From: a virus
Lineage: Duplodnaviria; Caudoviricetes
IMG/VR virus record: IMGVR_UViG_3300020294_000009
Coordinates: 1-41,763 of that record
Length of the DNA: 41,763 nucleotides
Strand: one strand, 5' to 3'
Both the position numbers and the translations under genes were made by a program. Below the pieces are notes generated by a model that saw only the letters and a program-made list of their open reading frames with translations, searched no databases and was not told where the DNA came from. Positions 19,766-28,122 of the stretch are shown piece by piece. Position 1 is the first letter of the stretch. The number at the start of each line of letters is the position of its first letter.

Positions 19766-22700
19766 ATGCCACAACAGACTAACCTGAATATAAGTCCTTA
19801 TTACGACGACTTCGACAGGTCCGACAATTACCATAGAGTTCTATTCAAGCCAGGATACCCTGTCCAAGCTCGTGAACTGACTAATTTGCAATCAATTTTG
19901 CAAAATCAAGTTGAGCAATTTGGTAGTCATATCTTTAAGGAAGGATCTGTTGTAGTTCCAGGTGCTTGTCATTATGACGGGCAATATTTTGCAGTTAGGT
20001 TAGATCCTACTCATTTAGGAACTGATATTGAAGTGTATTTAAAAGACATTGTAGGAAAAAGAATTAAAGGGGAAACATCTGAAGTTACAGCAAAAGTAGT
20101 TAATTATATCACATCTTCAACATCTACTGAGAATCATCCAACTCTTTATGTAAAATATTTGCGTCCTGGTCCTAGTGGAGATTTTCAATTTTTTGAAGAT
20201 TCTGAATTATTATTATTGGAAGAGCAAGTTACTTATGGTAATACTACTTTAGGTGAGGGATCATCATTTGCATCAACTATTTCTATAGATGCTTCTACAA
20301 TTGGTGCTTCTGCTAGTATTGGAGATGGTGTTTATTTTGTAAGAGGTGCTTTTGTAAGAGTTAATCAACAAACAATAATTTTAGAACAGTATCATAATGC
20401 TCCATTCTATAGAATTGGATTAAAAGTAATAGAGACTGCTATTAATGCTAAAGAAGATCCAAAGTTATATGATAATGCAAAAGGATTCTCAAACTATGCT
20501 GCACCAGGCGCAGATAGGTTAAAAATAGAACTCAAACTTTCTAAAAAAGAAACAGAACAAAAAGATGATACTGATTTCATCGAATTGATGAGAGTCAGAG
20601 CAGGTAAGATTGAAAAGTGGGAAAAGAGAGATCCACAATATAATATGATAAGAGATTATATTGCTAAAAGGACATTTGACGAATCTGGAGATTATACTGT
20701 AAATCCATTTTTTATTGATGTAAAAAACAGTTTAAATGATAGAAAAGGAAATGATGGTATTTTCTTTTCTAATGAGACGACAATAGAAGGAAATGATCCT
20801 AATGAGGATTTAGCATGTGTAAAAGTATCTCCAGGAACAGCATATATTAAAGGATATGAATTTAAAACTTTTGGTACAACAGTAGATGTATTAAAACCAA
20901 GAACAACTCAAGAAGATTTTAGAAGAGAGTCTTTTTCTCTTCAAATGGGTAATAACATTACTGTTAACAATGTTTCTGGTATTACTACATTTAGAAATAC
21001 TATTGATCTTCAATTAGCAGATGCTACTGGTTCTGGTAAATCTAAAATTGGTGAAGCAAAGGTATATAATTTTGGTTTAGTTGATGCTAGATATGAAGAT
21101 GCTTCAACTGATTTTGATTTATTCTTATATGATGTTCAAACATATTCTGTATTAAAATTAAATGATACTGTTTCTAATAATGAAGTTAATGCATCTGCTT
21201 ATCTTAAAGGTAATCAAAGTGGAGCAACTGCATATGCTGTAAATGCTGGTGCTGGAAGTAGTAGTCTTACAATAACTCAAACATCTGGTGTGTTTCAAGC
21301 AGGAGAACAGATTATTGTAAATGGTAAAGAAGAAAATGTATCTAGAACTGTTGAGAAGGTAATTACTTATGATATGAATGATGTTACTAGCTTTGCACAA
21401 TCTGGTAATTCATTTACTGCTGATAAAAAGTTATATGGTAAAGTTCCATTTGGATTTAATGCGACTGATCAAGTAAGAATAACAACTGGTGGTACTGTTA
21501 CTTCTCCAGGAAGAACTTTTGAAAGGTTCCAACCAGGTGATATTATTAGATATCAGATACCAGGTAATAGTAGAATTCAGCAAAATGTAGTTGAAGTAGT
21601 TGCTAGTACTGGTGCTAATATGACAGTTAGGGCAATATCTTCTGTTACTAATTTGTATAATGGTGCTCTTCCAAGTTCAACTTATGAAGGTCAAATTAGA
21701 ATTGGTGAACAGGATTTAAATTCCCAATCTGGTAGTGGATTATATTTAAAACTCCCTGCTGCTAATGTTGCTGATATTGATTTTACTGGATCTGAGATGA
21801 TTTTCTCAGAGCAAGTAACTGGTGAATCTACAGATGCTAATGGTGTTCTTGTAGTTAGTACAAGTTCTATTGATATAGATGATATTAATTTTGTAGCATT
21901 TGATCAAGAAAGATATCAAGTACAATATTCTAATGGTAATATCGCAGAGATTGAACAATCTCAAGTTGATGTTGCCACAAATACTTTAACTATTAATGGT
22001 CTCTTATTCAATCAATCAGGTGTTAGAGTTAATGTTACTGTATCCAAAAAGAATATTAAGAGTAAAGTTAAGTCATATCTTAAGAGTCAGACAACTAGTA
22101 TCATATATTCTAATAATTCTGGATCAGGAACTAATGCTAGTTCTACATTAAATGATGGATTAACTTCTAAGCAATTATATGGAACTAGAGTTCAAGATCA
22201 GCATATTTGTTTAAATCATTCAGATGTAGGTGAAGTAGTTTCAATATATGAGTCTTTGGATAATAATGCTCCTGTATTTGATAAATTAATATTTACATCT
22301 ACAGATTCTATATTAACAGAGGCTATAGTTGGAGAAGATATTTTAGGAGAATCAACAAATTCTGTAGCAAGAGTTGTAAGTGTTGATCCTGGTACGAGTT
22401 CAATAAGTATTGTTTATAGAACAGCAGATCATTTTAATCTTCTCGAACAACTTAATTTCCAAGAATCAAATACTTCATCTATTCTTCAAGCTGTAAGTCC
22501 TGGAAAATATAGAGATGTAACTGATTTATTTGTTCTTGATAAGGGACAAAGAGAACAATATTATGATTATTCTAGAATTGTTAGATTGGATAATCAATAT
22601 ATTCCATCTAGAAAATTAACTATTGTATTTGATAGATATGATATTCCATCTGCTGATACTGGAGATATATTTACAGTCAATAGTTATGACGCAGAAAGAT

Positions 22701-25700
22701 TTAATCATGATATTCCTGTAATAGGAGTTAATAGAGTAAGAGCGACTGATACTCTTGATTTTAGACCTAGAGTTATTGAATATACACCTGCTTCTGCTTC
22801 ATTCTCTCCTTTTTATCAATCTAGTAGAATATTTAATGATGAACCTAGAAGAATAGCAACTCCAAATGAATCGGCAGAATTTGGATTTAAAAATTACTTA
22901 GGAAGAATTGATAAGTTGATAATGAAAACTGCTGGTAATGTAGTTGTATCCAAAGGAACTCCATCAAATAATCCAAAACCTCCTTCTGATGAAGTAGATG
23001 GTATGACTATTGCTGTCATTACAATGCCAGCATATCTTTACGATATTAATGATGTCAGAGTTTATTTGATGGATAACCGCCGATACACAATGCGTGATAT
23101 TGGTAAAATTGAAGATCGTTTAGAGAATCTAGAAAAGGTTACTTCATTATCTTTATTAGAACAAAAAGTTGCTACTTTACAAGTTAAAGATGCTGATGGA
23201 CTTGATAGATTTAAGAGTGGATTCTTTGCAGATTCATTTAAATCAGCAGATTTTGTTGATGTTTCTTCTCCAATAGATGTTGATATTAAAAAAGGAGAAT
23301 TAAGACCTCTTAATGATCTAAGTTCTGTTGATATGCAGTTGTTGCCTTCTACACAACTACCACCAGAGCAATTAGATCTATCACAAGATTTTGAACTTTT
23401 GGATACTAATACCAGAAAGACTGGTAGAATGATTACCCTTAATTATGAAGAGGAAGCATTTGTTACTCAAGATTTTGCTACTAGAGTTAATAACTTAAAT
23501 CCATTTTTTGTTCATAAGTTTAAGGGTGATGTTACACTAAATCCATCTAGTGATAACTGGATTAGTACTCGTAGATCTAGAACTTTACAAACACAAACCA
23601 TCAGAAGAACTGCTTATGATACTAGATTATCATTGTCAAATATTGATGATGGATTTGGTCAAGATGAAATGAGGATGTCTGAGAGTAGTGGAGTGAGAAG
23701 TGTTGAAAGAGATGATATTACTTCAGAGAATACCTTTATTGCTAGTGAAACCTTTGATCCTTGGTGTAGATCAAGGAATATAGCATTTAGTGTTAATGCA
23801 TTAAGACCATTTACTAGATATTTTATATTCTTTGATAGTGTTGGATCAGTTGATGTAGTTCCTAAAATTATTGGAATTGAAAATGTAGTTGGATCATTCT
23901 CTGTTGGTGAAACTATTACTGCTTTAGTTGGTGGAGAAACTTTTAGATTCAGACTTTGTAGACCAGACCATAAAGAAGGTCCATTTGCAAATCCAACAAA
24001 GGTATTTGAACAGAATCCTTTAGATAGAAATGAGACTTTACCAACAGCATATTCTCAAGGTTCTACAGCTATTAATATTGACTGTAATGCTTTAGCAGCA
24101 GCTGCACAGGGAGATTTCTTTGGATTTCTTCCAATTGGAACTGTAATTGCAGGTGAAACTAGTGGTGCTCAAGCAACTATATCTAATGCTGGTGCTCAAC
24201 AGGGTGCTGGTCTTGAATTAAGAACAGATGCATATGGTGATGTTTATGGTACTGTATGGATAAGAGATCCAGAAAGAACACCTACACCATTAGCAAGAAT
24301 TAGATCTGGAGAAAGAGAATTTAAGATTACATCAAGTGCTACTAATGCTACTGGATTAAGAGGTAGTACTTTAATATCTTCTGGTGCTGCAACATATACT
24401 GCTGTAGGAACTACTAGAAATGTTCAAACAGATGTTAGAGTTACTACACTAGAAACTACTACTATTCAAAGAGATTACGGACTGACATTTATTAATAGAA
24501 GACCACCCCCACCTCCTGAACCTCCTGCTCCAGAACCTCCAGTAATTATCGTCATGCCTCCGCAGACGGTTATGGTTCCTGGACCACCTGTACCAAATCC
24601 AGTACCAACTCCTGGACCTCCAGTACCGATTCCTGGACCTCCAGTATTTGTTCCAGTACCAAATCCAATACCAAATCCAATACCAACTCCTGTTCCAATT
24701 GTTGAAGCGGAAGAGGATGATCCATTGGCACAATCATTTATGGTTGACCAGTTTGGTGCATATGTAACTTCGGTTGATATTTACTTTGCAACAGTTGATA
24801 CTGATCCTTCTCGACCAGCATTCGTGCAGTTGAGACCAATGGAACTTGGTATTCCTAAGAAAGAAATTGTTAATAAAGATTCTATTGTATTCTTAAATTC
24901 TGCAGAGATTCAAACATCAGTAGATGCTTCTATTCCTACAAGGGTGACATTCCCGTCACCAGTGTATCTGGAACCAGCAACTGAATATGCTTTAGTCGTT
25001 GGTGCTCCTGCTAATGGATATGAGATCTTTACAGCAGAAATGGGACAAACGGCACTTAATGCTCAGAATCTTCCAAATGCTGCTGGTAGGGTTTATGCCA
25101 ATCAATTCTTGATTGGTAATATGTTCAAATCATCTAATGGTAGAACATGGACTCCATCTCAGTTTGAGGATATATGTTTTAAGCTTTATCGAGCTAAATT
25201 TACTTCTGACGATGGTGTTGTTACCTTCCAGAATCCTCCTCTTAGATCAAATAATGCAACATTACCACCATTAAATAGAGATCCGATACAAGCACTTCCT
25301 AAGAAAGCTGCTGTTGGATTTACAACTACGCAAAGTAGTGGTCATATAGGAACAATATTTGTTCCTGGTAGAAAGGTTGGTGATAGTAGTGCCACTTATC
25401 GATATGGTTATATCGAAGATAGAGGTGGTCCTGCAACAGGTGTTGTTGGAATTGCAACAGGTGGACTTAATTACGGTACACCACTTGCTTCAGTTAGAAC
25501 CTTTAACATTACTGGTAAAGGAACTGGATTAAAACTTGGATTAACAGTTGGTTCTGGTGTTTCTGCTATTACTGCAGCAACTATCTCTGTTCCTGGTAAT
25601 GGTTATAAAGTTGGAGATATGGTCGGTATTGTAACTGCTGATATGAGTGGTTCTGGTACTGGTGTTAGAATTGGTATTAATTCTATTAATGGATTAGATA

Positions 25701-27163
25701 CTCTTTATCTAACTGGAATGCAAGCAGAAGAATTTACTGCTGGTTCTAATCTAAACTACTTCCATGAAGCTGGAACTGTTGTTGATTCTGGTCAAGATGT
25801 TTATAGGTATGATGCTACAGGTAGCATTTACACTGGAGAATATGCAAGGATCAATCATTTCAATCATGGAATGTATGGTATTGGAAATAGGGTAGAGGTT
25901 AGTGGTGTAGAACCAAATACTTTACCAACGACATTATCTACTTTGGTCAACTCTACTACAACCAGCGTTTCTATCGCTGATAGTACTGGATTTGATGTAT
26001 TTGAAGGAGTACTTGTTAGTGCTGCTAATACTGGTTATGCTAAAATTAATAATGAGGTTATTTCTTATACATCTGTTGGTATTAGTACTTTAAGTGGAAT
26101 TGTTAGAGGAGTAGATAATACTCAATCTATCAATCATCCTGAAGGATCTATTATTAGCAAATATGAATTTGCTGGTATATCATTGACTAAGATTAATACC
26201 GAGCATGATGTATCACCTCTAGAGAAGAGGATGGATGATTATGTGGTTCAGATTGATAGAGGTGGTAGATCTGTTGACAATTCAGGTCTTAGTATACCTC
26301 AATTAGGATTCAATGCTGAGATATATGGTGGGGGTAACAATGCTCACGCTTCTAAGAATATCCAGTATAATACTATTGTTCCAGCATTTGACATAACTAC
26401 TCCTGGACCATCAGATTCAGCAGTGGTTAATGTAAGAACTGTTAGTGGAACTAGTGTTGATGGTAATGAAACATCATTTAGTGATCTCGGATTCTTACCA
26501 TGTGCAGTCAATCAAGAAACTAAGTTACCTACAACTAGAATTGTTGCTTCTGAAATTAACGAGAAGAATAGTCTTACTTCTTTATTCAGAAATAAGTCTT
26601 TAACAACAAGGATTGCTATTTCTAATGGTGGTAATTTCTGGAGTTCTCCAATGTTGTGTTTAGACACAGCAAATGTTCAGTTCACTTCTAGTAGACTTAA
26701 CAAACCAATTGGTAATTATGCTACTGATCCAAGAGCTAATCTTCTAACTGGAGATTTACATACCTCTTATTATCAATCAAAGATAATAAACATCAAACAA
26801 CCAGCAACTTCTCTTAAAGTTGTATTTGATGCATTTAGACCTGCATCAGTTGATTTTAGAGTTATGTACAGTTTGGTAAGAGGTGATTCTAGTGAGATTG
26901 AGCAAAGTTTTGAGTTGTTCCCAGGATTCAACAATAGTGTTGATACTACTGGTGATGGTTTTGGGGATACCATGCTTAACTCTGCTGCCAATGATGGTCA
27001 AGCAGATAAGTATATTCTTCCAGAATATAAGTGGAATGAATACCAATACACTCGAAATGATTTATCACCATTCACAGGATTTGTTATTAAAATTGTGTTG
27101 AGTGGAACAAATCAAGCTGATATTCCAATCATTAAAAATGTTAGGGCATTAGCATTAGCATGA
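19766..27163 (+). CDS. DUF4815 / VrlC-like large virion structural protein (2465 aa)
   Basis: Motifs NLNISPYYDDFD, RVLFKPGYPVQARELTNLQSILQNQ, APGADRLK, RTFDESGDY, RRYTMRDIGKIEDR, DRFKSGFFADSF and DPLAQSF. Sits at the usual position after gp8 in cyanomyoviruses. Confidence 0.85.
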   Translation: MPQQTNLNISPYYDDFDRSDNYHRVLFKPGYPVQARELTNLQSILQNQVEQFGSHIFKEGSVVVPGACHYDGQYFAVRLDPTHLGTDIEVYLKDIVGKRIKGETSEVTAKVVNYITSSTSTENHPTLYVKYLRPGPSGDFQFFEDSELLLLEEQVTYGNTTLGEGSSFASTISIDASTIGASASIGDGVYFVRGAFVRVNQQTIILEQYHNAPFYRIGLKVIETAINAKEDPKLYDNAKGFSNYAAPGADRLKIELKLSKKETEQKDDTDFIELMRVRAGKIEKWEKRDPQYNMIRDYIAKRTFDESGDYTVNPFFIDVKNSLNDRKGNDGIFFSNETTIEGNDPNEDLACVKVSPGTAYIKGYEFKTFGTTVDVLKPRTTQEDFRRESFSLQMGNNITVNNVSGITTFRNTIDLQLADATGSGKSKIGEAKVYNFGLVDARYEDASTDFDLFLYDVQTYSVLKLNDTVSNNEVNASAYLKGNQSGATAYAVNAGAGSSSLTITQTSGVFQAGEQIIVNGKEENVSRTVEKVITYDMNDVTSFAQSGNSFTADKKLYGKVPFGFNATDQVRITTGGTVTSPGRTFERFQPGDIIRYQIPGNSRIQQNVVEVVASTGANMTVRAISSVTNLYNGALPSSTYEGQIRIGEQDLNSQSGSGLYLKLPAANVADIDFTGSEMIFSEQVTGESTDANGVLVVSTSSIDIDDINFVAFDQERYQVQYSNGNIAEIEQSQVDVATNTLTINGLLFNQSGVRVNVTVSKKNIKSKVKSYLKSQTTSIIYSNNSGSGTNASSTLNDGLTSKQLYGTRVQDQHICLNHSDVGEVVSIYESLDNNAPVFDKLIFTSTDSILTEAIVGEDILGESTNSVARVVSVDPGTSSISIVYRTADHFNLLEQLNFQESNTSSILQAVSPGKYRDVTDLFVLDKGQREQYYDYSRIVRLDNQYIPSRKLTIVFDRYDIPSADTGDIFTVNSYDAERFNHDIPVIGVNRVRATDTLDFRPRVIEYTPASASFSPFYQSSRIFNDEPRRIATPNESAEFGFKNYLGRIDKLIMKTAGNVVVSKGTPSNNPKPPSDEVDGMTIAVITMPAYLYDINDVRVYLMDNRRYTMRDIGKIEDRLENLEKVTSLSLLEQKVATLQVKDADGLDRFKSGFFADSFKSADFVDVSSPIDVDIKKGELRPLNDLSSVDMQLLPSTQLPPEQLDLSQDFELLDTNTRKTGRMITLNYEEEAFVTQDFATRVNNLNPFFVHKFKGDVTLNPSSDNWISTRRSRTLQTQTIRRTAYDTRLSLSNIDDGFGQDEMRMSESSGVRSVERDDITSENTFIASETFDPWCRSRNIAFSVNALRPFTRYFIFFDSVGSVDVVPKIIGIENVVGSFSVGETITALVGGETFRFRLCRPDHKEGPFANPTKVFEQNPLDRNETLPTAYSQGSTAINIDCNALAAAAQGDFFGFLPIGTVIAGETSGAQATISNAGAQQGAGLELRTDAYGDVYGTVWIRDPERTPTPLARIRSGEREFKITSSATNATGLRGSTLISSGAATYTAVGTTRNVQTDVRVTTLETTTIQRDYGLTFINRRPPPPPEPPAPEPPVIIVMPPQTVMVPGPPVPNPVPTPGPPVPIPGPPVFVPVPNPIPNPIPTPVPIVEAEEDDPLAQSFMVDQFGAYVTSVDIYFATVDTDPSRPAFVQLRPMELGIPKKEIVNKDSIVFLNSAEIQTSVDASIPTRVTFPSPVYLEPATEYALVVGAPANGYEIFTAEMGQTALNAQNLPNAAGRVYANQFLIGNMFKSSNGRTWTPSQFEDICFKLYRAKFTSDDGVVTFQNPPLRSNNATLPPLNRDPIQALPKKAAVGFTTTQSSGHIGTIFVPGRKVGDSSATYRYGYIEDRGGPATGVVGIATGGLNYGTPLASVRTFNITGKGTGLKLGLTVGSGVSAITAATISVPGNGYKVGDMVGIVTADMSGSGTGVRIGINSINGLDTLYLTGMQAEEFTAGSNLNYFHEAGTVVDSGQDVYRYDATGSIYTGEYARINHFNHGMYGIGNRVEVSGVEPNTLPTTLSTLVNSTTTSVSIADSTGFDVFEGVLVSAANTGYAKINNEVISYTSVGISTLSGIVRGVDNTQSINHPEGSIISKYEFAGISLTKINTEHDVSPLEKRMDDYVVQIDRGGRSVDNSGLSIPQLGFNAEIYGGGNNAHASKNIQYNTIVPAFDITTPGPSDSAVVNVRTVSGTSVDGNETSFSDLGFLPCAVNQETKLPTTRIVASEINEKNSLTSLFRNKSLTTRIAISNGGNFWSSPMLCLDTANVQFTSSRLNKPIGNYATDPRANLLTGDLHTSYYQSKIINIKQPATSLKVVFDAFRPASVDFRVMYSLVRGDSSEIEQSFELFPGFNNSVDTTGDGFGDTMLNSAANDGQADKYILPEYKWNEYQYTRNDLSPFTGFVIKIVLSGTNQADIPIIKNVRALALA
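24503..24697 (+). repeat. proline-rich low-complexity tract (33 Pro in 65 aa)
   Basis: PPPPPEPPAPEPPVIIVMPPQTVMVPGPPVPNPVPTPGPPVPIPGPPVFVPVPNPIPNPIPTPVP, with DNA repeats such as CCTGGACCTCCAGTA and CCAAATCCAATA. Confidence 0.9.
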
Positions 27164-27357
27164 TCCCAGTACAAGGACACCCAAATTTGTATAGAGACGA
27201 AAAAACTGGAGCTATCATCAATAATGATAGCTCTGGTTTTTCTGCTTATCAACAATTAAAAGCACAAAAACAATTAGAAAGAAAGGAACTAGATACTATG
27301 AAGCAAGAAATTTCTGAGATAAAAGATATGCTTGCCAAAATTACAGCAAAATTATGA
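27160..27357 (+). CDS. small cyanophage protein with C-terminal coiled coil
   Basis: MIPVQGHPNLYRDEKTGAIIN followed by the heptads ELDTMKQEISEIKDMLAKI. ATGA overlap with the upstream gene. Confidence 0.85.
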   Translation: MIPVQGHPNLYRDEKTGAIINNDSSGFSAYQQLKAQKQLERKELDTMKQEISEIKDMLAKITAKL

Positions 27358-27542
27358 GAGATCCACGAGTAGAGCATTTAAGATTTCTTCATGGGGATGA
27401 GTCTGTACCCACTGAAATATCAGATCTAGGTGACTTAGAAATCCTAAGAAATGATGTAGAAAGACTCGAAAGAAAATTTGATCAGGTAACTCTAGTACTG
27501 AAGGAAGTTCTAACGGAGATAAAGAAACTAAATACCTTATAG
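27354..27542 (+). CDS. hypothetical coiled-coil protein (62 aa)
   Basis: ATGA overlap with the upstream gene, fills the gap before the next gene, heptad pattern in the C-terminal half. Confidence 0.75.
   Translation: MRDPRVEHLRFLHGDESVPTEISDLGDLEILRNDVERLERKFDQVTLVLKEVLTEIKKLNTL
27528..27534 (+). promoter_or_regulatory. possible late promoter variant (CTAAATA)
   Basis: TAAATA core 28 nt before the ATG at 27563. Confidence 0.5.
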
Positions 27543-27562
27543 GATAATAGTAATGTAAAAAG

Positions 27563-27904
27563 ATGGCAGTATATGTCTCTAACTTACAAATTGAACAAGG
27601 TGCTGATTTTGAACATTTATTTTCTTTAGGTGATAACGATAATAACACTACCTTGGATTTAACAGGATATAGTGTAGCTTCTAAGCTTCGTAAATGGGCT
27701 GGTAGTACTACAGCGTATTCTTTTACATCGTCTGTTTCCAGTGCTACGGATGGACAGATTACAATTTCCATGACCGATAGTACAACAAATACCATCAAAC
27801 CAGGAAGGTACATATATGATGTTGTTTTGACAGAATCTTCTTCGGGTCTCAAAACGAGAGTTGTTGAAGGTCAAGTCCTAGTTAGACAAGGGGTAACAAG
27901 GTAA
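27563..27904 (+). CDS. small virion structural/adaptor protein (BppU N-terminal-like Ig fold, putative)
   Basis: Pattern NLQIEQGADF...LDLTGYSVASKLRK...GQITISMT..TT..IKPGRYIYDVVL...RVVEGQVLVRQGVTR, typical of fibre-attachment proteins. Confidence 0.75.
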   Translation: MAVYVSNLQIEQGADFEHLFSLGDNDNNTTLDLTGYSVASKLRKWAGSTTAYSFTSSVSSATDGQITISMTDSTTNTIKPGRYIYDVVLTESSSGLKTRVVEGQVLVRQGVTR

Positions 27905-28122
27905 TGCCATCATTACGAATTGGCACTGGCAGCCAAGTTAAAGTTATTGCCAGCGGCTCTTTAGGAGGCGGTAGTGGAGGAGGAGGTAAACTAGTTTTAC
28001 TTTCCGATGTCAATGCTGCTAATTTGGCTAACGGTAGTTTTCTGGTTTATGATTCAGCAACTGCAAAATTTGTAACTCAAACTAACTTACCATCCACAAC
28101 AATTGATGGAGGGGAATACTAA
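27904..28122 (+). CDS. small fibre-like linker protein (72 aa)
   Basis: TAATG-coupled at both ends. Has a Gly run, the fibre repeat LSDVN....NGSFLVYDSATAKFV, and ends IDGGEY. Confidence 0.8.
   Translation: MPSLRIGTGSQVKVIASGSLGGGSGGGGKLVLLSDVNAANLANGSFLVYDSATAKFVTQTNLPSTTIDGGEY

Noticed and set aside
24449-24733. Minus-strand Trp/Arg-rich ORF (WYWIWYWIWYW)
   Set aside because: It is the antisense shadow of Pro codons (CCA reads TGG) in the Pro-rich tract, and I saw no RBS or promoter for it.
3696-27163. Inteins, introns or homing endonucleases explaining the giant ORFs
   Set aside because: I recognised no intein splice-junction, LAGLIDADG, HNH or GIY-YIG signatures. The size is explained by repeated structural modules.
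27352-27852. 166-aa minus-strand ORF
   Set aside because: It lies antisense to two well-coupled + strand genes and has no recognisable motif.
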